A stretch of 64,000 nt of DNA, taken from contig CAVXJS010000019.1 of the NCBI GenBank assembly GCA_963762145.1, forward strand, positions 224,001 through 288,000, in the 5' to 3' direction. Each line of letters starts with the position of its first letter. The stretch's first letter is position 1. A program made the translations under genes and the position numbers. Positions 49,000 to 58,126 of this stretch are shown piece by piece. This stretch comes from an uncultured Candidatus Rokubacteria bacterium. GTDB lineage: Bacteria; Methylomirabilota; Methylomirabilia; Rokubacteriales; CSP1-6. The notes under the pieces are model-generated. The model did not search any database. It was given only the letters and a program-made list of their open reading frames with translations, and was not told where the DNA came from.

Positions 49000-50862
49000 C
49001 TACTGGCCCTGCTTGACCTGCGCGCCGCCCGTGACGGTGATCACGGCGGATCCCGGCGCGATCGAGAGGGTATTGCCGGCCAGGTTCAGGATCGGGTTGC
49101 TCAGGCTGATCGATCCGCCGCCCGTCACGAGGACCGGCAAGTTCCCGATCATCGTGCAGCCGTTGGCGCAGAGGGTGTTCGAGATCGAGAGCGTGTTCCC
49201 GGTGCCGATGAAGTTGACGAGGGCGCCCGTCACATTGAGAGTCGAGCCGCCGCCGAGGCTCAGCAGCGCACCGTTGGTGAAGGTGAGCGTGCTGCCGTTG
49301 GCGATGCGGAAGAGGTCGCCCGCCACGGTGAGGCTCGCCCCCCCGGTGAGGCTCACCCCGTGCCCGGCGACGGCCAGGGCGCTGGTGTTCAGCGCGGTGA
49401 TCTGGCTCAGCCTCACCGCCGCGCCGCCCGAGATATCGACGAGGCCGCGCCCCGTGGTCAGTGCGGCGTGCTGGGTCAGGTTCAGGAGCGGCGCGCTGGC
49501 GCGCACCAGGTCCAGCACCGCCCCGCCGCTCACCGACAGGAGCGCCCCCGCGGCGCTGGCGCTCGAGCCCACGAGATCCACCAGGGCGGACGCGCCGCTG
49601 CCGACCATGGCCGCGCCGCCCGAGACCCGGATCACGTCCGACCCGAGGGCGAGGCCGCCGTTCTGGTCGTGGAACAGCGTGCCCGTGAGGCTGAAGGTCG
49701 CGCCCCCGCTCAGGGTGAGCACGCTGGCCGCGCCGAGCTTCGCGGGATCCAGGTAGAGCAGCGGCGCCGCGCTGCTGCTGGCGAAGACGGCCCCGCCCGA
49801 CACGTCCATCAGGCTCTGGCCGACGCTCAGCGAGCTGCCCAGGGCCTCGAGGATCGGCACGGCCGGCGAGTCTGTCTGCCCCCGGGTCAGCGAGTAGAGA
49901 CTGGCGGGCGCGGTCACGGTCTGGCCGTTGAAGGAGAAGCGCGCCTGGCCTGTGGGGCCCGTGACCGGCCCGGGCGCCGGGCTGCCGGCCGCCGGCGCCG
50001 CCACCAGGGCGGTGACGGGCGCATCCGTGATGCCCGGCGTTTCGCTGGTCTCGGCGCCCGGCGGCGCGGCCGACGCACCATCCCCGCCCGCACCCGCACC
50101 GGCCATCTCCGGGGCGAGGAACTCGGCCACCGCGAGCGCCTTCGCCTGCTCGCGCGTGGTGACGCCGGCCATGAACTCCACCGGCCCCTCGGTGATCTGG
50201 GGCGCGGAGCGGAGGTCGGCGAAGACGCGCTCGGCGGCGGCGGGTGACAGCGGCGCCTGCGAGAAGGGCTCGCTCCCGGTGCGGCTCCAGCTCTGCAGCG
50301 TGCCGACCTGGGCCGCGGGGGCGCCCGGGTTATTGGGGTCGGACACCTCCACGAGGCCGTGCAGAACGTGGACCTTGGTCGTGTAGCGGGGCTGGCCCGG
50401 AGAGCCGCCCGATGCCGGGATCAGCTCGACGACCAGGACCGTCCCGCGGATCGCCGCGATCGCGTTCGGGGTGCGGATCTCGATGACCTCGCCGGGCCGC
50501 ATGCGCTGGCGGACGACGCCCATCGCGATCTTGCCGGCCGTGAGGTCGACGGTGGAGCGCCCCGTCTCCTCCTTGATCGTGAGGGACGAGAGCTCGCGCA
50601 CCGTCACGAGCGCCTTGCCGCCCAGCAGGACGCGGACCACCGACTTCTCGGCCGTCTCGATGTAGTCGCGGACGAAGACGTCGTCCTTGAACTGGAGCGG
50701 CCGGGGAGCGGGCAGGGCGGCGCGCGCCACCGTCACGGTACCGGTCAGCGTCGTGACGACGCCGACGCCGCGGCCGCCGTCGCCGGCGGTCTGGGCGGGG
50801 GCGGCCGCCGTCCAGGCGGCGAGCAGCAGGGCCACCGAGGTCACACGCGCCAGCCATCTCAT
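49000..50862 (-). CDS. Secreted FecR-domain protein with Gly/Ser/Leu-rich beta-solenoid C-terminus (paralogue 2)
   Basis: Signal peptide; FKDDVF.RD.I.T...TVRELS...IRTPNAIAAIRGT; repeated L.LSGGA units. Confidence 0.8.
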   Translation of the reverse strand: MRWLARVTSVALLLAAWTAAAPAQTAGDGGRGVGVVTTLTGTVTVARAALPAPRPLQFKDDVFVRDYIETAEKSVVRVLLGGKALVTVRELSSLTIKEETGRSTVDLTAGKIAMGVVRQRMRPGEVIEIRTPNAIAAIRGTVLVVELIPASGGSPGQPRYTTKVHVLHGLVEVSDPNNPGAPAAQVGTLQSWSRTGSEPFSQAPLSPAAAERVFADLRSAPQITEGPVEFMAGVTTREQAKALAVAEFLAPEMAGAGAGGDGASAAPPGAETSETPGITDAPVTALVAAPAAGSPAPGPVTGPTGQARFSFNGQTVTAPASLYSLTRGQTDSPAVPILEALGSSLSVGQSLMDVSGGAVFASSSAAPLLYLDPAKLGAASVLTLSGGATFSLTGTLFHDQNGGLALGSDVIRVSGGAAMVGSGASALVDLVGSSASAAGALLSVSGGAVLDLVRASAPLLNLTQHAALTTGRGLVDISGGAAVRLSQITALNTSALAVAGHGVSLTGGASLTVAGDLFRIANGSTLTFTNGALLSLGGGSTLNVTGALVNFIGTGNTLSISNTLCANGCTMIGNLPVLVTGGGSISLSNPILNLAGNTLSIAPGSAVITVTGGAQVKQGQ

Positions 50863-50924
50863 CACGATCACTCCTCCGTGCAGGGGTTGCGCGGTGACGC
50901 CTGCGCGCCCGCGGGGCATGACAT

Positions 50925-50940
50925 AGCAAGCGGGTTGCCA
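50925..50940 (-). promoter_or_regulatory. Sigma-54 promoter (FecR paralogue 2)
   Basis: Minus strand reads TGGCAACCCGCTTGCT. Confidence 0.78.
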
Positions 50941-51076
50941 CGGGCGGAGCGTTCGGAAGTCAGTGGAAGATCAGGCGAGGCGGGAACGCGCGGACGCGCT
51001 GCGACCCTCAAAACATGACGGGCTCCCGACGTTTTGCGTCGGAAGCCCGCTGTTCCGCCCCCGGAGGGGCGGGAGC

Positions 51077-53539
51077 CTACAGCCCGTTGATCGTGACCTT
51101 GGTCGTGGCGCCGTCCACGCGGATGAGCGCCGCGTTCGGAGCGAGGTTGACGGTCCCGAGGCCACCGTTCTTGATTGCGCCGGTGATGCTCACGTTGCTC
51201 GCCAGCGCGCCGCCGGTCAGGCTGACCGGGATGCCGCCGATGGTGGTGCAGGGGCAGAAGCTGTTGGTCACCGAGACCAGGTTGCCGCCGCTGCCGCCGA
51301 AGCCGATCAGCGCGCCGGTCACGTTCAGCATCGAGCCGCCACTGAGGCTGACGAGGGGCCCGCTCAGCAGATTGAGCGAGCTGCCGTTGGTGAGACTGAA
51401 GAGGTTGCCCGTGACCCGGAGCACGCTGCCGCCCGCGAGGCTCAGCGCGGCGCCCCGGCCGACCGTGAGAGCACTGCGATCGAGCGCCACCACCGAGCCA
51501 AGGCTCGTGACCTTGGCCTGGTAGGAGAGGTTCACGGTGTCGGCCGCGGTGGTCAGCTTGCTGCCGTTCCGGAGCACGAGGAGGGGCGCGCTCGCCTCGA
51601 GCAGGGCGTTGTCCACACGCACGGCCTGGGTGGCCGTCACGGTGGCATTGGAGGCATCGAGGAGCGAGCCCGCATGCAGGAGCGGGCGGTGCGTGCCGAG
51701 CGTGAGGCCGGTCTCCGCATCCGGCGCCGCGGTCGTGCCGTAGAGGTCGAACATCGGGACGCCCGCGCCGCCGAAGGTGTAGACGCCCCCGTCGAAGCGG
51801 GCGAGCGGATCGGTCGAGGACGTGGTCAGGACTCCGCCCTGCATCACGGCCAGCAGGCTCCACGGCACGGTCAGGTTGCTATCGGTCGCGTGCAGCAGCG
51901 GGCCGGCCAGCGTGGCCCGCCCGTCGCAGCAGACCACCATGAGGGAGTCGAAGGTCTGGGTCGCGTTCTGGAGCTGCAGCAGCGGGTCGGTGCCGTTGCG
52001 GACCAGGCTGTCGCCGCGGCGGAGGAAGTAGAGCGGGGGATCCTGTCCGACCGCCGCCGCGTCAACCAGGGCGGCCGAGTCGATGATGGTGTCGCTCCGG
52101 TCGAAGACGTCGAAGCTCAGCGTGGCAGCCCCGGAAGTCTCCGGCACCCACTGTGTGTTCACCGTCTTGAAGCCGGTGCGCCCGTGGGAGCCCGAGGTCG
52201 AGAACCCGAGCGCCGTGGTCACCTCATTCGAGGTGACGAAGGTGGACGCTAGGCGGGTCTCCTGCGCGAGCTGGGTGATGGTGCCGGAGGGGCTGGTCAC
52301 GAGCGCCCGGAAGATGTCGTCGACCTGCTGCGTCGGGAACTCGTTGGTGATGAAGTTGTAGTTGACCTGGACCGTGTAGAGGCTGCCACCCGTGACGTTG
52401 AATGCCTGGGATACGCGGCCACCCTGGGTTACGCCCTGGGGCGGGGACGGGAACAGGGGGTTGTTGAGCGCCGGCAGCGCGCCCGTGCCCGTGTGGATCA
52501 GGGCCATGCTCTGGCCCTCGGGTGGCGTGATGGAGCCGAGGCTCGAGACAACGCCGCCGCCGCCGCTCAGCGTCCAGCCCGTCAGACCGGACTCGAACCC
52601 GGGATTGACCAGCACGTTGCTCTTCGGTCCACCACCGGGAGGGGGATTGTTCGTGCCATCGCCCGGAGGAGGATTGTTCGGGGTAGGAGTTGTGCTGGTC
52701 GTCGTGGGCGTTCCCGGGATCTGGCCCGTCTTGAAGGGGTCTTCCGTGTCCGGGTTGACCGGGGCCACGTTGCCGGAGGTCGGGGGCTGAACCGTCGGAT
52801 TGGCGATCTGGAACGCGGAGACGGTCCCGGTCGTGACGAACTGGGCGACCTGCGTGGCTTGGCTCGCCTGCCCCTGCATCACCGCGTTCGTGACGTTCTC
52901 CGGCGCGGTGGCCGCGCGGGCGCTGGTCTGCACGTTCACGAAGCCGTTGGCCTCGGCCGCGGTAGCCGGCCGCTGCTGCCCGTTGGTGGAGAGCTGCCCG
53001 ACCGGGAGGGGAACCGTCGGTCCGGTCCCCTGCTGGTAGGTGCAATCGCCCGAGGCGCAGAAGGCGGTGGTGGTGCCGCTGCCCGGGGTGCCGGCGGCGG
53101 CCCCGCGGAACTCGACGGCGAGGATGCTGCCGCGCACCGCGGCCACCGCGTTCGGGGTGCGGATCTCGATGGACTCGCCCGGGCGCATCCGCTGCTTGGC
53201 GACGGCGAGGACCACCTTGCCGTCGGGCAGCGTGACGATGGCGCGCCCCGGCTCCTCGCTGATCGTGACCTGGGAGAGCTCGCGCACCGTGAGAATGGCC
53301 TTGCCGCCCAGCAGCACGCGCACGAGGGAATTCTCCTGCGTGCTGATGCGGTCGCGTCCGAACACGTCGTCCTTGAACTTGAGCGCGAGCGGGCTCGGAA
53401 GCGCCGGACGAGCCACGGTGGCGCGGCCGTCGATCGTCGTGACGATGCCGACGGACTCCGAGGTCTGCGCCGCGACGGGAGGCGGAAGGAATGATGCTGC
53501 CATCGCTGCCGCCGCCGCCATCCACGTCCACCGTCTCAT
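51077..53539 (-). CDS. Secreted FecR-domain protein with CBM-like domain and beta-solenoid C-terminus (paralogue 1)
   Basis: Signal peptide; FKDDVFGRD...IRTPNAVAAVRGS; Pro/Thr linker; NPGFESGLTGWT; C-terminus similar to paralogue 2. Confidence 0.8.
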   Translation of the reverse strand: MRRWTWMAAAAAMAASFLPPPVAAQTSESVGIVTTIDGRATVARPALPSPLALKFKDDVFGRDRISTQENSLVRVLLGGKAILTVRELSQVTISEEPGRAIVTLPDGKVVLAVAKQRMRPGESIEIRTPNAVAAVRGSILAVEFRGAAAGTPGSGTTTAFCASGDCTYQQGTGPTVPLPVGQLSTNGQQRPATAAEANGFVNVQTSARAATAPENVTNAVMQGQASQATQVAQFVTTGTVSAFQIANPTVQPPTSGNVAPVNPDTEDPFKTGQIPGTPTTTSTTPTPNNPPPGDGTNNPPPGGGPKSNVLVNPGFESGLTGWTLSGGGGVVSSLGSITPPEGQSMALIHTGTGALPALNNPLFPSPPQGVTQGGRVSQAFNVTGGSLYTVQVNYNFITNEFPTQQVDDIFRALVTSPSGTITQLAQETRLASTFVTSNEVTTALGFSTSGSHGRTGFKTVNTQWVPETSGAATLSFDVFDRSDTIIDSAALVDAAAVGQDPPLYFLRRGDSLVRNGTDPLLQLQNATQTFDSLMVVCCDGRATLAGPLLHATDSNLTVPWSLLAVMQGGVLTTSSTDPLARFDGGVYTFGGAGVPMFDLYGTTAAPDAETGLTLGTHRPLLHAGSLLDASNATVTATQAVRVDNALLEASAPLLVLRNGSKLTTAADTVNLSYQAKVTSLGSVVALDRSALTVGRGAALSLAGGSVLRVTGNLFSLTNGSSLNLLSGPLVSLSGGSMLNVTGALIGFGGSGGNLVSVTNSFCPCTTIGGIPVSLTGGALASNVSITGAIKNGGLGTVNLAPNAALIRVDGATTKVTINGL

Positions 53540-53750
53540 CGTGTGAGCCTCCGTGTTTTTGCTCGTGAGCGAGTGCCTGATTATGCGTTCAGCGGGGACC
53601 CGGTGCAAGAGGGAGCGACGCGAAAATCGCTTTCCGCACGAGGGCTCCGTCAACGCGTGGACATCGCGCACATGTTGCGCTCCGCTCGTGGCTCGCGCGG
53701 GCAGTTGTGACTCGCGCGGTGGTATAGTCGGAGGCTGAGCGCGACCATCC

Positions 53751-54230
53751 ATGTTCGACATCGGCCTCCAGGAGCTGGCTCTCATCTTCGTGATCGCCCT
53801 GCTCGTGTTCGGCCCCAAGAACCTTCCCCAGCTCGGCCGCTCGCTCGGCCGGGCCATGCGTGAGTTCCGGCGGGCCAGCGACGAGTTCCGGTCCACGATC
53901 GAGACCAATCTCAAGATCAACGAGCTGGACCCCCTGCCGGATCCCACGCCCGCCGCCTCCACCTCTGCCGATCTCGTGACCGAGCCGGCGGCGACGACGG
54001 AGGCTCTGCCGGAGTCGGTCCTGAACCCTCACGAGCCGACGGCCGTCGTCGTCCCGGAAGGGGAGAACTACCTGGCCCAGCGCAGCGCCAAGCTCTTCCA
54101 CGGGCGTGACTGCAGCTGGGCCCGGCGGATCGCCGAGCCCGAGCGCGTCTACTTCAAGCGGGTGAGCGAGGCCCGCGAGGCCGGCTACGCGGCCTGCCCA
54201 GTCTGTGAGCCCTGGGAGCCGGCCGGCTGA
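53751..54230 (+). CDS. tatB: TatB/TatA translocase subunit fused to an Ada-type metal-binding domain
   Basis: MFDIGLQEL...FGPKNLP..GRSLG; C-terminal FHGRDC...YF....AREAGY.ACPVC. Confidence 0.8.
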   Translation: MFDIGLQELALIFVIALLVFGPKNLPQLGRSLGRAMREFRRASDEFRSTIETNLKINELDPLPDPTPAASTSADLVTEPAATTEALPESVLNPHEPTAVVVPEGENYLAQRSAKLFHGRDCSWARRIAEPERVYFKRVSEAREAGYAACPVCEPWEPAG

Positions 54231-54246
54231 CCCCCCCTTTTTTTGC

Positions 54247-54276
54247 TTGTCCAACTCAACGGGTGTTGACTATCAT
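54247..54276 (+). promoter_or_regulatory. lexA promoter with internal palindrome (candidate SOS box)
   Basis: TTGTCC-N18-TATCAT containing TCAAC-GGGT-GTTGA (54256-54269). Confidence 0.6.
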
Positions 54277-54315
54277 CTGTTGAGCCACAGCCAGAGGCCA
54301 GGGGAGGAGACCAGG

Positions 54316-54951
54316 GTGAAGGAGATGACGGATCGGCAGCGCGAGGTTCTGGAGTTCATCCGGATCTTCGGGGAGCGGCACGGCGTGCCGCCCACCGTCC
54401 GTGAGATCGGAGAGCGCTTCCACTTCACGGCGCGCGCGGCCTTCGACCACCTTCGGGCGCTGGAGCGCAAGGGCATGCTGGAGCGCCGGGTGACCGGCAA
54501 GCGCGCCTCCCGGACCCTCGTGCTCCCCGCGCACAAGGGGGCCCGCCGGGGGGACGCGACGGTCCCCGGCATTCCCGTGCTCGGCCGCATCGCGGCGGGC
54601 GCCCCGATCACCGCGGTGGAGAACCACGAGGACACGATCCCGCTGCGGGCGGACTGGCTCGGCGCGGGCGGTCTGGAGGTGTTCGCGCTCCGGGTGCGCG
54701 GAGACAGCATGATCCAGGCGCACATCGTGGACGGAGATCTGGTCCTCGTGCGCAAGCAGGAGACGGCGGGAAGCGGCGACATCGTCGCGGCCATGCTGGA
54801 CGGCGAGGCCACCGTGAAGCGCTTCGCCCGGGAGGACGGCGCGGTGGTGCTGCACCCGGAGCATCCGACGATGAAGCCGATTGTGGTGGAGGCCGGGCGC
54901 GGCGACTTCCGCATTCTCGGCAAGGTCGTCGGCATCATGCGGCAGATCTGA
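54316..54951 (+). CDS. lexA: SOS repressor LexA
   Basis: PPTVREI, HLRALERKG, GRIAAG cleavage site, GDSM, TVK. Confidence 0.96.
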   Translation: MKEMTDRQREVLEFIRIFGERHGVPPTVREIGERFHFTARAAFDHLRALERKGMLERRVTGKRASRTLVLPAHKGARRGDATVPGIPVLGRIAAGAPITAVENHEDTIPLRADWLGAGGLEVFALRVRGDSMIQAHIVDGDLVLVRKQETAGSGDIVAAMLDGEATVKRFAREDGAVVLHPEHPTMKPIVVEAGRGDFRILGKVVGIMRQI

Positions 54952-54978
54952 GCGGCAGATCCGAAAGGAGCAGGGACC

Positions 54979-55242
54979 ATGCGGCGGGTAGCGGTGATGG
55001 CGATACGGAGCAGGAAGCGGCGGCCGATCACGCGCCGGGACTGGAAGTCCGACTGGCGGCGCGACGTGCGGCGCCGGGTGTGGATCGGTTCGCGCGCGCG
55101 GGCCAGCGCGACGCGGCCCCTTTTTTTCGCCTTGAAGACTCAACAGGTGGCGACGCTTCGTCCGGTCGATCTCCTGGGCGCGGCGGCCATGCTGCTGGGC
55201 GTGGCGTCGTGGGGCGTGCTGGCTGCGCTGCTGGGAAGCTGA
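54979..55242 (+). CDS. Small basic protein with C-terminal TM helix, downstream of lexA
   Basis: AAAGGAG SD; 27 bp after lexA; hydrophobic C-terminus. Confidence 0.6.
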   Translation: MRRVAVMAIRSRKRRPITRRDWKSDWRRDVRRRVWIGSRARASATRPLFFALKTQQVATLRPVDLLGAAAMLLGVASWGVLAALLGS

Positions 55243-55255
55243 CGCGGAGCCGGAT

Positions 55256-57148
55256 TCAGGCGCGATCCGGCCGGTCCCAGGGCCGGACCGCGATGAAGAT
55301 CTGGAGCAGATCGCCGTCGAGCGCGCCTGCCTTGCGCTCCTGGCCCAGGATGTCGAGCGCGCGCTCTACCGGGACCGCGGGCTTGTAGGGCCGGTCGCGT
55401 GAGGTGAGCGCGTCGAAGATGTCGGAGATGGTCATCATGCGCGTCTGCACCGAGATGTCCGGGGCGCGCCAGCCATCCGGGTAGCCGCCACCGTTCAGCT
55501 TCTCGTGATGCGAGCGCGCGATCTCCGGTACGCGCCGGAGCTCCTTGGTCCACGGGATCTGCCTCAGGAACTGATAGGTGTGCACGACGTGGGACTGGAT
55601 CTGCTCGTACTCCTCGGCAGTCAGGCTCCCCCGGGGGATGGCCAGGATGCGGGCCTCTTCCGGCGTGATCAGCGTCAGCGAGTCGCCCAGATGATCCGGA
55701 TAGGCGTGCACGGCCAGGTCACGGATCGAGGCGGAGACGTCGTCGGGCATCACGGTGGGCTCGTTGGCCGCCGCGACCGCCTTGAGATGCTGGTCGATGT
55801 CGGCGAGCGCGGCGGCCAGCTCGGCGTCCCACTCCGCGGAGCGATTGGCGAAGCCCTCGCGGCCGTGCAGGAGCAGCCAGTCCATCTTGCGGCGCGCGTG
55901 GAGCAGCTCGATACCGCGCCGGATGATCTCGCCGCGCTGCCGGATGATGTCGAGCTGGCCCACCGGCAGCTTCTTGGCCTTGACCAGCACTTCCTCGCGC
56001 ACGCCGACCTTGCCGAAGTCGTGGAGCAGCGAAGCGTAGCGGATCTCCTTCATCTCGTCGGCCGAGAAGCGGACGTCGCGGAAGGGACCGCCGTCCCGGT
56101 CCACCGCGGTGGCCAGCGCCACCGTGAAGTCGGCGACCCGGAAGGAGTGACCCGAGGTGGTCGGGTCGCGCGACTCGATCGCGGTGACCGAAGCCTGCAC
56201 GAACCCCTCGAACAGGGCCTGGATGGACTGGTAGAGGCGACTGTTCTCGAGGGCCACCGCGGCCTGCGAGGCGAGCGAGGTGGCGAGATCGCGGAAGCGC
56301 CGCGAGTAGGGCATCACCTGGGCCAGCGCGTCGGCGGGCGTCGCGAAGACCGCGCCGGAATCTCGCTTGCAGTTGATGAGCTGCAGCGCGCCGATGACCT
56401 TGCCCTGCGGCGTCGTCATCGGCACGACCAGCATGGACTTGGTGCGATAGCCGGACCGCTCGTCGAAGTCGCGGTTGACGCGGAACGGCGAGCCGGGCGG
56501 CAGGACGTAGGCGTCGTCGAGCTGCAGCACCACGCCGGTCAGCGCCACGTAGCCGGCCACGCTGGCGTCGTCGATCGGCAGGGTGAACTCGGTGAACGGC
56601 ACCCGGACCGAGTCGTTCTGGGCCAGCTTGAAGCGCAGGCGCGCGGTGCCGTCGGCTGCGTCCTCCACCACGTAGAGCGACCCGGCATCGCTATGGGTGA
56701 TCGCGCGGGCCTTGGTCAGGATCAGGCTGAGGAGGGCGTCGGTGTCGCGCTCGGCGGAGAGCCCGACGCCGATCTCGTTGAGCTCCTGCAGCTCGCGGCG
56801 ACCCGCGGCGGCCTCCCGCCGGGCCGCCGCGTGGTCGCACGCGTTGCGGAGGGCGGCGGCGAGCACCGCGGGGGCGGCCGGCTTGCCGAGGTAGGCGTAG
56901 CACGAGACGGCCGGCGTGGCGTCGGAGGCGACCAGGGCGACCACCGGTAGGTCGGGCGCCTCGGCGGCCAGGCGCGCCGCGACCGGCGCGTCCGCGGTCA
57001 GGTCCACGAGCGCCACCGCGGACTCCTCCGGCGCGGCCGGCGGGGCGCCCGTCGAGGGCAGGGGCAGCGCCTCGAGATCGCCGGGGAGTGCGGAGAGCAG
57101 GGTAGCTGCCGGGGAACCCGCCGGGTACCAGACCACTCGGCGTGGCAT
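55256..57148 (-). CDS. GAF + HD-GYP cyclic dinucleotide phosphodiesterase
   Basis: GAF (FD...GYRTKSML), GHSFRV, LLHDFGK, HHEKLNGGGYP, DIFDALT..RPYK. Confidence 0.92.
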   Translation of the reverse strand: MPRRVVWYPAGSPAATLLSALPGDLEALPLPSTGAPPAAPEESAVALVDLTADAPVAARLAAEAPDLPVVALVASDATPAVSCYAYLGKPAAPAVLAAALRNACDHAAARREAAAGRRELQELNEIGVGLSAERDTDALLSLILTKARAITHSDAGSLYVVEDAADGTARLRFKLAQNDSVRVPFTEFTLPIDDASVAGYVALTGVVLQLDDAYVLPPGSPFRVNRDFDERSGYRTKSMLVVPMTTPQGKVIGALQLINCKRDSGAVFATPADALAQVMPYSRRFRDLATSLASQAAVALENSRLYQSIQALFEGFVQASVTAIESRDPTTSGHSFRVADFTVALATAVDRDGGPFRDVRFSADEMKEIRYASLLHDFGKVGVREEVLVKAKKLPVGQLDIIRQRGEIIRRGIELLHARRKMDWLLLHGREGFANRSAEWDAELAAALADIDQHLKAVAAANEPTVMPDDVSASIRDLAVHAYPDHLGDSLTLITPEEARILAIPRGSLTAEEYEQIQSHVVHTYQFLRQIPWTKELRRVPEIARSHHEKLNGGGYPDGWRAPDISVQTRMMTISDIFDALTSRDRPYKPAVPVERALDILGQERKAGALDGDLLQIFIAVRPWDRPDRA

Positions 57149-57197
57149 GTATCGAGGGTAGGACCCCCCTCGGCGGCGTGTCAAGCAACCCGACGGC

Positions 57198-57227
57198 TTG
57201 ACCGTCTCCCGCCCGGGTCGGTAAGAT
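57198..57227 (+). promoter_or_regulatory. Sigma-70-type promoter, near-leaderless
   Basis: TTGACC-N18-TAAGAT, 9 nt before the ATG. Confidence 0.5.
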
Positions 57228-57236
57228 CACCCGGCC

Positions 57237-58121
57237 ATGACCACGCGCGTATCCACGGGTAATTCCAGGCTGGACGAGATGCTGGGCGGCGGGCTGCTCC
57301 CGGGCACCCTGATGGTCGTGTACGGGGCCACCGGCATCGGCAAGACCCACCTGGGCCTGGGTTTCTGCGATCACGGCGCCCGGGCGGATGGGGCCCGCGG
57401 CATCGTCTTCGACATGAACGTCCGCGGCGACTCCCAGCAGCACCACGCCTACGCCGCCCGGCTGCACGACTGGGATCTCAAGCGCTGGACCCACTCGGTG
57501 CTGCCCATGGCGGAGCCGTTTCCTTCCGCCGAGCAGATGCAGGCCTTCTACTGCGACGCGCTGCCGTGGGTCGGCAAGCTGCGCGACTATCAGGTCGCCA
57601 GCGGGGACGGGGTCGAATTCGACTGGAACTGGAAGGCCCAGTACAACCAGGCCCTCTACACCGTGCGGCCCTTCGTGTACTTCCATCTCGGGGCGGGAAG
57701 CCGGCGCATCGTGGTGGACGGCGTCGAGCCGATGGACGTGCCGGGCGACTACATCCAGCCCTACATCTTCGACGACCTGTACCGGAAGACCATCCACCGC
57801 GACAGCGAGACGCTCGGGATGGAGATCTGCATGCCGGTGTGGAAGCACCGCGCCTTCATCGACGCGCACCGCTACGACCACGCCGCGGTGACCACGATGC
57901 TCCTGGTGACCACCGAGGAGACCCAGCTCGAGCACCTCATCGCCCGCAAGGTCGCGGCGGGCGATATCGGCGCGGTGGCCAATACCATCCTGGTGATGGG
58001 CAGCGAGCGCGTCGGCAACCGCCTCGCGCGGATGCTCTGCGTGGTCAAGCACCGGGGGAGCGCCAAGAGCGACGAGATCACCGAGTACCGCGTCACCGAG
58101 CGGGGCTTCGAGCTGGGCTGA
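57237..58121 (+). CDS. KaiC/RAD55-like RecA-superfamily ATPase (single domain)
   Basis: RVSTG...LDEMLGGGL.PG, GATGIGKT, IVVDG, R.L.VVKHRGS. Confidence 0.88.
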   Translation: MTTRVSTGNSRLDEMLGGGLLPGTLMVVYGATGIGKTHLGLGFCDHGARADGARGIVFDMNVRGDSQQHHAYAARLHDWDLKRWTHSVLPMAEPFPSAEQMQAFYCDALPWVGKLRDYQVASGDGVEFDWNWKAQYNQALYTVRPFVYFHLGAGSRRIVVDGVEPMDVPGDYIQPYIFDDLYRKTIHRDSETLGMEICMPVWKHRAFIDAHRYDHAAVTTMLLVTTEETQLEHLIARKVAAGDIGAVANTILVMGSERVGNRLARMLCVVKHRGSAKSDEITEYRVTERGFELG

Positions 58122-58126
58122 GCCGC

